DNA of 63,811 bases, the filler included, from Choristocarpus tenellus KU-1152 (lineage: Eukaryota; Protista; Phaeophyceae): assembly GCA_964200185.2 (NCBI GenBank). It is 9 parts of 9 records of this genome, joined end to end, with 100 filler letters (N's around TTAATTAATTAA, not from the genome) between each part and the next. Parts side by side here need not be neighbours in the genome. Positions count along the whole stretch, not along the records: positions 53,086 to 56,822 come from CAXNAD020018223.1; positions 56,923 to 59,567 come from CAXNAD020026001.1; positions 59,668 to 63,811 come from CAXNAD020015997.1; 6 more parts are not named here. One strand, given 5' to 3'. How positions within the stretch are numbered: the stretch's first letter is position 1; each line of letters begins with the position of its first letter. The notes beneath the pieces were generated by a model. That model saw only the letters and a list, made by a program, of their open reading frames with translations. It ran no database searches and had not been told where the DNA came from. The translations under genes and the position numbers were made by a program. Positions 53,789 through 63,811 of this stretch are shown piece by piece.

Positions 53789-56700
53789 GTGCATACCATG
53801 TCTTTGCCAGGAGAAGAGATACCAGTCCATGGTAAGGTTCGAAGTGAGGCCACCCTTGCTGAAGATCGTTATCGGCAACTCTCCTCTACTATGGAGGACC
53901 TATTCAAGGCGATACAAGAGCTGAAGATAGACTGGGATCATCTTTTAGAGATGAACGGTAATAGAGTCGGCAGTGGGGATCATCCCGCCGTCCAAGGCGC
54001 TGCGTCCAGCACACGGCCGCCGACTGCCTTTGTACTGGCCGAAGTCAGACCTGTTGAACCCCTTGTGGGTGAAGGTTTCCAAAAAAAATGGCGACAGCCC
54101 GGACGGACTCAGAGTTCGGATAAAAAAGTATACTGCCAAAGTGATGTAAGCCAGAGATCAGGTTCTTTGGCAGTATCAGGATCTGGAATTGATTTTTCTC
54201 CCTACAGGAGAAGGCAGCGATCAAATATCCAACCACCCAAGTTGGTGGACAACTACAACTATTGTGATTGGGGAAGGCGGTTCATGATCCACTGTAAGTA
54301 CACTGGCTGTTTATCTGCACTAATTGCCCCAAACACCAATCAATCAGCAGTGATCGTGGGAGGAACTACTTGCTGATAGGTTTAGTACGAATGAGATTTG
54401 GACAGCTGAGAGTGAAAGTATCTTAGGGTTAGGGTACGATTTTTGTCCTGTTTGTTTGGGGCTTGGCTTCCCAAAGGTTTATTACGACATTTTCCTACAT
54501 CGAAATGTTTCTTAGTAGGTAAAATGTGTATGTTATGAAAAGGCGTGTCTGGAACATGATAGATATCGACACTTCCTAACAAACATGATAGCCAAAATTA
54601 CATCAAAACCGAAACAATGCATTTTTGCCCCAAAAACGAACGCGGCTCTACCCTCTAAGATACTTTGACCCTGAGGAAGCATATTATGCACTCACCATTG
54701 CCCTTGTTGCCCCTGCCACAGAGGGTCTGCACTGCATGCACCTGAGCCCTAGCAAGCTTTTTGCGGCTGTGGGCAACTGGTTTATGCCAGACACAGTGGG
54801 CAACAGCCAAGGTTTGTTTCGGCAATTCTTCTCTTCAAAGATGGAGAAGGGGGCTAACCCACTCATCACTCTCTAACAGAACTTGAGTTCTTACGGAGTC
54901 GGATGATGACAATGGGCCTCGCCATCTGTGACAAAACACTACTTCTTCAGTTTCTGAGTGCGCTGGGATCTGATTATGACACTGAGGTATGCATGATGGC
55001 TTCTTGGAGCTCGTTGTCTCCAGCAGACGTCTGGAAGGTGATCCATGAAAGATACGCATTGATATCATCAAAGACAAGCAGCATTCCATCGAAAATGAAG
55101 CACAGTCATGCTCTCATTGCTGGAAGTTCAATGGGTGGAAATTCAAGACACGAAAAGGGTCAGCCTCATCGTAATGGCCAAGGTTGAGGAGGGGGCCATA
55201 AATTTTATTTTATAGAGGAAAGAAGAAGAATGGTTCAAATTCTGACCCTAGCTCGGAGAAGATTCCTTGTGAGAGGTGTGGTAAGAATGGACATGAGGAG
55301 GTAGCTTGCCCAAGCCGCATTTGCACCAAGTGTGGTGGACGTGCTCATGATGCTACAATATGTACTTCAGTGTTTATGGCCATGGTGGTAGCTGGAGAAG
55401 AAAAGGATGAGACCGAGGTGGAATCTTCCCACACTACTGAAGTACATGTACTGTGGAAAGTGTGATCAGCAGTGGCGACAATGAGCGGTACGCACTACTG
55501 GCAAGTGGGGGGTAAGTGAAGTGGGGTAAGTGCCACTGAAGAATCTCTGAGCAGCAATGCTCAAGGCAAGTGTGGGGTAAGTGAGTGTCTGGTGTCAAGT
55601 GTTGGGGTTGGTATACTAAGAGAAAAGTGGATTTGTGACAATGTGGCCTCATGCCTCATGCCTCATGCCTCATGCCACATGACAAACATGAATGACAAAC
55701 TACAAGGCCTTGTGTACTACTTGATAGAATGTGTACTTGATAGAATGAGAATAATTACTGCCAGTCAGAATTCCTTCCACGTTGCTGCAGGTCATGGGGA
55801 TCTCACCTATCTTGTTTCCCTCTCGTGACAATAAGGAAGCGGAGATACTACTTCAGAATGTCGCTCATGTCCCTAATATTGGATTTAACCTCTTTTCTTA
55901 CCAAGCTTCAGGAGACATGGGTTGCGAAATGTCCTAGCACAGCTAGTACGTTCTCACTTTTAGATGGCCAACTCGTTCTCAACATCATTCCTGGTTGTTA
56001 CTACACCCTGCACGGTCAACGTATTTTATTTTATATTTATTTTGCCATGACCGTCTAATATTGTTGACACAGCTCTCAAACCTACCATCGCCCCCTCACG
56101 CACACACCCAAACAACTCTGCCCCCCACACTGAGGTAGGTGGATATTAACCTTTTCCATCACGTGTATGGCCATGCTCACAAGCCTTTGCTCATGTCCAC
56201 TGCCTCTTCAATGGGCACTGCGTTGGTGGGGGAGTTGGAGGCATGTGCTGGCTGCTCCATGAGAAAAAGGGATATGGAAGGGGATCCTGTCCAACACGTC
56301 TTCACAGACGGTGAGAAAACTAGGGTGGGTTCTTGTCGATCTAAGCGGCAAGAGGGCTACCCTTTCACTCGGAGGTAAGCATTACACCATGATAATCCGG
56401 GACGACCATTCTCGTTTTGTTTGGTTATATTTCATTAGTCTTAAGTCGGATGCTGCTGAAGCCTTCAAGAAGTACCTGGTCGATATCCGAGCTGACGGTA
56501 CTCCCTCTCGGGTCATGTGTGTGCGGCGGTCTGATAATGGGGGGGGAGTTTTATGAGGGTGCTTTCGGCACTCTTTGCCGTGAACATGGGATTAAACAGG
56601 AGTTCACACCTGCAGATAGCCCTCAATTTAACGGGGTCGCTGAACGAATGCTGGGTATCATTGATGAAGGTTCATTAGCTGCCCGCCTTCAAGCTCCACC

Positions 56701-56822
56701 ACTTTTCCCCCATGTCACCATCCCCAAGACAGACTCTCTATGGGCTGAAGCTCAACACTATGTCTGTGACTCGCTGAATCACACATCGACCACGGCTAAC
56801 CCTGGTTGTAAATCACCATATG
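53789..56822 (+). mobile_element. Degenerate Ty1/Copia element (gag, protease, GAG-pre-integrase, integrase), truncated at the gap
   Basis: PPKL..YCDWGRRF gag, knuckles CERCGKNGH..C and CTKCGGRAH..C, protease KWICDNVASC..HMT, DINLFHHVYGH..CAGC, integrase VLVDLSG..IIRDDHSRFVW..SDNGG(E)F..FTPADSPQFNGVAER. Stops and frameshifts present. Confidence 0.92.
54410..54671 (+). mobile_element. MITE family A (inserted in Copia gag)
   Basis: TSD TGA in target CTGAG. Removing the element restores the reading EIWTAEEAYYAL. Confidence 0.92.
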
Positions 56823-56975
56823 NNNNNNNNNNNNNNNNNNNNNNNNNNNNNNNNNNNNNNNNNNNNTTAATTAATTAANNNNNNNNNNNNNNNNNNNNNN
56901 NNNNNNNNNNNNNNNNNNNNNNCGTAAAAATTCTATACCTACCAAACATTTTTCGCCTGCTGTAGAAGGAAGGAT

Positions 56976-57008
<33 letters not shown>

Positions 57009-57240
57009 AGTGCATGAAAATCATACTATGGAGTACTTTTTACTGTGCATCCTGACACCTCTTATGCACGAACTACCCCGCCCCCATCCCCTTCAAAGCA
57101 TCCATGTTCTGCTGTGCAAATAGTTGCCCACTGTTTTCAGGAAGCTGAGAGCACCTCATGAAGGTGCTAACTGTCCAGCAGCGCCTTAGTTAAGCCTTGG
57201 TTTTTTTGGTTCTCCCCCATGTTGTGTGCTCGTACCCCAG

Positions 57241-57370
57241 GAGCATGTGGTGGTGATCTGGCGTGCTCTACATGCCACGTGATCCTTGAACAGGAATACT
57301 TTGATAAGCTGGCGCCTAAGGAGGAAGAGGAAGAGGACATGCTGGACCTGGCATGGGGGTTGACGGACAC
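57241..57370 (+). CDS. Internal exon of an adrenodoxin-type mitochondrial [2Fe-2S] ferredoxin (FDX1/FDX2/Yah1-like)
   Basis: cccag|GA GCA TGT.. translates [44 protein letters not shown]|gtgag, which has the C-x5-C-x2-C cluster motif and the EEDMLD acidic helix. It is missing from the ORF track, and I did not find the other exons. Confidence 0.88.
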
Positions 57371-57611
57371 GTGAGAGATTGACTCGAGGGGTTCGAGTTG
57401 TGTTGTTTTTGTGGAGCTGTTGTGGGGATGGATTCTATATGGGGCTGTTTCCTCTCTCGTCAACGAAAGTGTTTTTATTTTTTTACTGAAATGGTTTTTG
57501 AAGTAGAAATTCGCCTCTCTCTCTTCTTTTTTTCTTGGTGTGAAATGATTTTTAAAAAAATTCATGTTTTGGAACAGCGGGGTGCCAAGTGGTGAACTTT
57601 TATTGGTCAGG

Positions 57612-57662
57612 GCCTGAATGGACACCCTGGTGTAACCCCCGCCCCCCCGGATGCTTTGAGCC
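57612..57662 (-). mobile_element. Family B-related terminus (further fragments at 7710-7734, 19655-19697, 31641-31678, 53086-53103, 59547-59567)
   Basis: ATGGACACCCTGGTGTAACCCCCGCCCCCCCGGATGCTTTGAGCC; the other fragments carry the CAAAGTATCTGGGG terminus or the internal block. Confidence 0.65.
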
Positions 57663-58470
57663 TCAGCAAGCTGTCGTTGGGTATGTGCTTATGTGAAGAG
57701 GCACTTCATTAAAATAAATATTTTTTTTTAGTGGTGATTGTTTTTGGTGATGAGGTCGGGAGGTCCTCATGATCTTATCAGTTAGTTCATGTGCTGTTAA
57801 ATACTTCAAAGCATACACAGTAGATTGATGGTAGAAATGCAGTCAATACTGTGGTCGCTAGTGTGCTATTTTTTCCATGTGCTCTGTTATTACTATCAAA
57901 CAGCCGACTGTGATACAGCGAATTATTCATTGCCTATCTTTGTTGACAGTAGCTTGAGTCGACAGTGTATTTGTAGGGTATCTTGATGGATCAAGTTGAC
58001 AATGTAAGGAGAGTTTCATTTCCTTTCTAGCTTTAGACAGGGCTATTCTTGAATATAGGAGTGCTCTGGGGCACTAAGCTGTGGTCCAATGTTATTTTTA
58101 TGCGATATTTGAACTGAGGTATTTCAAACTTCTATACTGTTGTACTGGATTTGTTTGAAGGACCTTCATTTCTGTACAGCTTTTTTCTGCTATATTACAC
58201 TTACCTGTTGGAATTGGATGTTCCGCCTTGGTGTGATAGCTGATGCATTGTTGCACATCCTTCGAAATGGTAATGTAGTTTCTACAAGCGCTCCAGAGCG
58301 CTCTGGAAGATTTCTCATCGACTTGGTTTGTTTTCCTGAATCATCCTAATCGAGGCTAGCGAATCATGGATACGGTTGGAGGGGGTAGAGGAGGTCGCTA
58401 GTCAAATGCAATCTATTTGCTCAATGTGCCGATTACACCACTCTATGATTGGTGTAGAGGTTGCTTTTTA

Positions 58471-59005
58471 AACTGTGTCCCCTAACATGGCTATATATAT
58501 TTTTTAGTGTTATCGGGATTTGTATACATATCGGCATCATTGGCAGTAGTGTATGGTGTGGGTAATCGATCTATTTTTTGGCTTTACTGAATAAAGCTTT
58601 TCGAACCGCGTCCCCTAACATCACTATATATTTTTAAGTGTTGTTGGGAGTTGTATACATATCGGCGTCATTGACAGTAGTGTATGGTGTGGGTAATTGA
58701 TCTATTTTTTGGTTTTACTGAATAAAGCTTTTCGAACCGCGTCCCCTAACATCACTATATATTTTTTAAAGTGTTGTTGGGAGTTGTATACATATCGGCG
58801 TCATTGGCAGTAGTGTATGGTGTGGGTAAATGGTGTGGGTAATTGATCTATTTTTTGGTTTTAATGAATAAAGCTTTTCAAACCGTGTCCCCTAACATCA
58901 CTATATATATTTTTAAGTGTTATCGGGAGTTGTATACATATCGGCGTCATTGACAGGAGTGTACGGTGTAATTGATCGATCTATTTTTTGGTTTTACTGA
59001 ATAAA
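58471..59005. repeat. Tandem array, ~4 units of ~131 bp
   Basis: The unit AACCGCGTCCCCTAACATCACTATATA..GTATACATATCGGCGTCATTGGCAGTAGTGTATGGTGTGGGTAATTGATCTATTTTTTGGTTTTACTGAATAAAGC starts near 58471, 58603, 58734 and 58881. Confidence 0.92.
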
Positions 59006-60238
59006 GGGAAGGTTTTTTTTTGCCATGTAACTGCTCTACTACGCTTTGTCTTGGTTCTGTTGTTGTGGTGGTGTTTGTGCCTTTTTGTCTCTCTCTGTTT
59101 GAACACTGTATTTGCTGTAGTGATCACCTTACCTGTTGTTGGGGTGTTGGTGTTCCCAAACGGTAAGGCTTTGTGCGTCTTGATTTATTATGAGCGTATT
59201 GGTGGTAATATACATGGGAAGGTTAGTTTTGGTTGCGGTATTCCACCTGCGCCTCTTTGTAGTTCGTTGGAATCTCTGTGGCAGTATGGTATGTTCACCT
59301 TGCCTGCAGGGCAGCATCAGCGACTGTCCAACTAGGGAGATTGGTGCTTGCTATGATGGCAGTTACTTCGAGTTACTTGAGTGTGTTGGTGTTTGTATTG
59401 ATTGCTGCGTGTGATTTTGATTGTAGACGTCGTACTCAAGGGTTTGCAGTGTAAATAGCGTGTTGCTGTCCCCCCTCTTGAGCAGGGGGAGGCACAGTAA
59501 GGGCATTAGCTTCTCATTCCCTTCTATGATGTACAGGTTTTTGTTTGGTTCAAAGTATCTGGGGGGGNNNNNNNNNNNNNNNNNNNNNNNNNNNNNNNNN
59601 NNNNNNNNNNNTTAATTAATTAANNNNNNNNNNNNNNNNNNNNNNNNNNNNNNNNNNNNNNNNNNNNCAAAAAAATACCAACATCCCAACATCCCCACCA
59701 AAAAGACCCCCCCCCCCCCCCCCCCCCCCCACTACCATACCAGTGGAACAAAGCAAAGGTGAAAGGGGGGCAAAAGCAGAGAGAACAGCAAGACAACGGG
59801 TAAGGGAGAAAAATTGTCTTCCACTCTTGACACAACGAGCGATCAGAAAAGTCACTACCCTTCAAGTTCACTCGAAACTGAAAAGTGCTATGCACTGTCT
59901 CAACCTACAGTGAGTGTACAAGCCTTGCATCCAGGACACTGGCATATGCATATATATAGAAGGGGATCTCGTCAGGGATTGATTGTGGAGTCTACCAGAG
60001 GTGATTCATCATACTTGTACCATCCCGAAGGTTGTGTTCATGAGTTCTAAGACATCTACATAGTCAGTCCCACTACACGATTGCAGTTGCCACTATTATG
60101 ACCACGCAGGTATGACATAACTGTTGCCCCTGTCATGAGCATCACAAGGACCCTTTAAAATGACAACAAAGCCTACCCTTCTGAATGTAGCTGATCGCCT
60201 TCAACTCTACGGAACTTACCAACTTGATGTGTATTGTC

Positions 60239-61530
60239 TCAAGGCATCCCCCTTCCCCAACACAAAAATGTATCCCCTTCACTGAAAGGGTTAGGAGGTC
60301 TTGTTGGGAAACAAACCTTCGGCTTGGGAAGGGACATGTCCTCCTCCTCCTCCTCCTCCTCCTCCTCCTCCTCCTCCTCATTTCCCATCGCCATTTCCAC
60401 GTCCAGCACCTCCATTCTGGGTTCCATGGACATCATATCTCCTCCTCTCTCCAGCTCCTTTAGGTAACGATACAACAGGACAGGCGAGGGCAGGGGGGAC
60501 GGTGGAATGGGAATGAGGAAAGAGGAGGCGGGCACTCCGATAATGTTATCCCTTCAGGAGAAACGTAAGATAGAGTTGTTTAATGAAGAGATACTCTCAC
60601 GAAGGCAAAGGCCAAAAGAAAGGCTTATTTGGTGAAGACGCCTCTCGACTCGCTCCCGTTACACCTGATAAGGCACCATGTGGGTGCGCACGCACAATAC
60701 AATACCGCATGGTCGAAGCTACATCCATGCATGACCGTTCTGTTCTCGAACTTTAACTGCTCGTCAATAATTGAGCCAACCCACTTTATCTGAAGGTAGA
60801 GCAGGAAGGTCTTGTTAACCCCTCAAAAGCACTTCATATTCATTCTCACAAATTTCAAAGAGGCTGCTAGAGACGACAGATTGAACCTTTCTTGGAATCC
60901 GACACCCCGATGCTGTCACTTGGTGATTGGATACTGGATTGGATGCTGAAAACACAACATACATTCCTTCAGGTACTGTACCAATCTGATTATATTGCCA
61001 CAAACCAACCACAAAGTAGGTTGAGCCAGTGAATTCAAAACTGCATGACAGGTTTCTATACTCTGTTGATTGGGGGATAGTGGCACCATCGCAGTCCTTG
61101 CGGCCTCCATGCTCAGCTCGGATGGAAGTGGAGGCATCAATACCGAGTCTAATCCAAGAGATGCCATCCTCTCCAACCGCTCATTTTCCTCTTCGTCCTC
61201 TCTCTCCTCCTCTTCTTCTCCCTCATCGTTTGCTGTCTGCTCGTTGCGTGGTGAAGGCTGACCTTCCCGGCCTTTCCTCCGCCGCTTCTTCTTCGCCTGC
61301 ATAGACACATTTACCCTTCCAACTTGGCCACACCGCCCCACTCCCCAGAAAACCCCACTAACGCCAGCAGATGCTACTGTCGAGCTCACGACGCGGCGAT
61401 CACATACCCGCCCTATCGAGGGGCTGCCTCGTTCTGTCACTCTCACACTCCCCAAGAAGGCAGTCTGACGACTTGAAGACACGACTCCGGTGATGGCAAC
61501 GGAGCCAAGGAGGGAACAGAAAGGCTTCAT
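60239..61530 (-). CDS. Unknown protein with bipartite (signal plus transit peptide-like) N-terminus and Glu-rich tracts; exon structure uncertain
   Basis: ORF 60916-61542 reads MKPFCSLLGSVAITGVVSSSRQTAF.. then an S/R/V-rich stretch, KKKRRRK and poly-E. A second poly-E frame lies at 60239-60470. The region is GC- and CpG-rich. Confidence 0.45.
60339..60379. repeat. (TCC)n microsatellite (poly-Glu on the minus strand)
   Basis: About 13 perfect TCC units. Confidence 0.9.
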
Positions 61531-63429
61531 GGCATGAAGCAACTGTTAGAGAAGCCAACAGGATCTTGATCTCCACAGTCAAAGGTGGAGTATGGTTCAT
61601 AGGTTTGTTGAGGACGATCATGCACAGTTGTTCATAGAGATATCGATGGCTTTATTTTGTGGTACCTCAACTATAAACCCGTCTACCAAAGTGTACTCTA
61701 TAGTACAACCAACAACCAACGCAAACCCAGACCCAGCAGGGTTTGTGGTGTGTACGTTATTGGTAATATACTACATTAGTGTATCAACTTCTACCAAATG
61801 AAAGACCAGGTTTAAAACCTGTTCAAAGTCAGGTTTTCTTTTGAGGGAATTAATTTTGATGCACCACATCGTCTGTTGTTGTACCCGAACCAAAAGGAGC
61901 TGGATCGTGACCTCGAGGAAGACTTCCTTGCGACCACCAGACGAGAACTGCACAAGATTGAAGGTAGGAGATGGACCAATGAGTGGTGGGATGGCTGAAC
62001 TCGACATGGGAGAAATATATATGGCGCACACAAGGCAGTGTAGATATCTAGTCGTAATTCAATGATGTGGTAGTTGCTCTAACCACAGATGGAGCCTATG
62101 GTACAACTACATTCTAATATTTTAATCCCCACACTACACATGAAAACACTCTGGTAGTAGTACATAAAAAAGTGAAAATACTCACCAATTTCGTTCACAC
62201 TTTCACTTTCTAGTATAAATATGTAATTACTAGAAAACAGTGACCCATCGCTAGTATCCCACGATTCGTTGCGGAAATAATAGCAAAACTTACGGGATGT
62301 GGAAATATGGATGTAAACCCAACAAAATACGATACAAGTTACCGAGATGTTTCGAAACGAATCCTGGAAGTCACTCCTCCTATTCAACACTATTATACAA
62401 GACGTCAACAGAACGAGGAAACCCATCGTGGGTATTGGATTTTGTTTCAAACAAATATATTATGTTTGGGAGGAAATATAATAAGAGATTTGGATTGCCA
62501 GCAAAATAGTCAAGTTTTGGATTTCCAGTAATAAATGTGACCCTTGTGCCGCAGCTTGCAGGCAGGAGGCTCGTTGTTATCATTGAGGTGGTACATCTGG
62601 TGGACCTTGTTGTAGATGAAAAACCACTCCTCAGTCGCATTGACGAAGTCTTCGAAATGCTGCAAGCTCTTCAAGCCTCCAGATCCCCCAGTAATCCAGT
62701 GTGTTGCCCACTGCAGCCTTCGTAAGTTCTACTCGCCAGTGAGCAATGGCTGAAGATAGGATGAACAAGCCTAAAAATAGTCTTCTGCATCTCGTCATGC
62801 AGAGTCAACCATGGGATACCCGGCTGAGTCACCAAGTAGCTTCTTCGTTGTGTGGTTCAGGTGGTACAGTAGGTCTATTCTCCTTATTGTTTCACAAAAA
62901 AACGACAGACCAAGATCGTGATGGCAACTTCAAGGTGGAAACCACTAAAAGAAAGTTCGAGAGAGGAGAGGAAGCAATGAGCAGTGGAAGTGTTGAAGCC
63001 AACACTCAAGAAGGGAGCCACGAACAGAGCCACCATAGTTAGCCATAGTGCAACAGATAGTTTGCAATAGTTAGTTTGAGAAGCAGTGTCACATGTAGTG
63101 CCTCTCACCGTAGGTGGGCATAGTCCACAAATAATAATAAAGTGAAGACCAACGATGATGAAACTTCAAGCAATTCCTAGGAAGCAGAGAGTTTCTTGGA
63201 TGAGTTATCCACCCATGCAGTGGGGGTTAGAGGGGATGGGGGTTGTTGAAAAGAAAAAGGGCAGTCAAGTCCCATTTGAGACAGAAAGTGCCCGTTACTC
63301 CCTAAGTGGCTCTCTCAAGACGGGTCATGCGTTTCCAACTGGAGATAACGGATAGGTGGACAAGAAGGGGCCTAACAGGAATACTTATCTAGGTCCTTGC
63401 CCACCTTCGTAGGGATAAGCTACGTTAGA

Positions 63430-63694
63430 AAGTGAAAGTATCTTAGAGGGTGCGAGCTTTGCCTTGTTTGTCCGTTTGGGGCTTGGCCTCCCACGTTTTT
63501 TTTAATGATATTTTCCTACTACTCCAAAATATTTCGGAGTAGTAGACAAAATGTACACGTTATGAAAAAGTGTCTCCGAAACAAGGATATTGACACTTCC
63601 TGACAAACACGATAGCCAAAATTACATCAAAATCGCAACATTGGATTATGACCCCCAAATGGACGCGGCTCTACCCTCTAAGGTAATTTGGTTC
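63430..63694 (+). mobile_element. MITE family A
   Basis: TIRs present; TSD AGA. Confidence 0.9.
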
Positions 63695-63811
63695 AGAAGC
63701 ATAGCATTGCACACACTACTTTGTTGTGGACAACCCTTTAGAGGACATTTATTAAAGTATCCCCAAAATCATCAAAGAGGATAAAGGTGATAAACCCGAC
63801 GAGATTGCTTG

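Noticed and set aside
58471-59005. CRISPR-like array
   Set aside because: Whole units repeat with no unique spacers, there are no cas genes, and the context is eukaryotic.
60142-60516. Poly-Arg, poly-Pro, poly-Leu and poly-Ser ORFs
   Set aside because: These are alternative frames of one (TCC)n microsatellite.
61800-62750. Coding-looking stretches (GINFDAPHRLLLYPNQKELD.. on plus; HFEDFVNATEEWFFIYNK.. on minus)
   Set aside because: They are bounded by in-frame stops and I could not assign a family or exon chain. They are probably TE debris.

Overview
Eukaryotic, intron-rich and transposon-rich genomic DNA. It is nine contigs joined by artificial 100-nt spacers (N44-TTAATTAATTAA-N44), so adjacency across a spacer carries no biological meaning. 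A signal-peptide plus 'TAF' transit-like N-terminus and the Copia gag style hint at a photosynthetic stramenopile (brown-alga-like), but this is inference only. Host genes I could reconstruct exon by exon: an ACAA2-type 3-ketoacyl-CoA thiolase (minus strand, with a GC-AG first intron) head-to-head with a SENP8/NEDP1 deneddylase (plus strand, with a 10.4-kb last intron); an ankyrin-repeat gene; one exon of an adrenodoxin-type [2Fe-2S] ferredoxin; an EGF-like plus multi-TM (7TM-like) gene with an in-frame TGA; and a putative plastid-targeted acidic protein. Mobile DNA: several decayed Ty1/Copia elements and two LTR families, a CRE-like non-LTR RT remnant, two sister PIF/Harbinger-type MITE families (3-bp TSDs, shared AAAGTATCT terminal core and CCCCAAATGGAC subterminal motif), a TGT...ACA MITE family with 4-bp TSDs (Ginger-like), and a ~131-bp tandem array. 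A CpG-island-like contrast separates the shared promoter from the CpG-depleted gene bodies. I found no CRISPR, rRNA or intact tRNA, and no clearly new protein system. The best novelty candidates are the MITE families, the methylation footprint and the 7TM-like gene.
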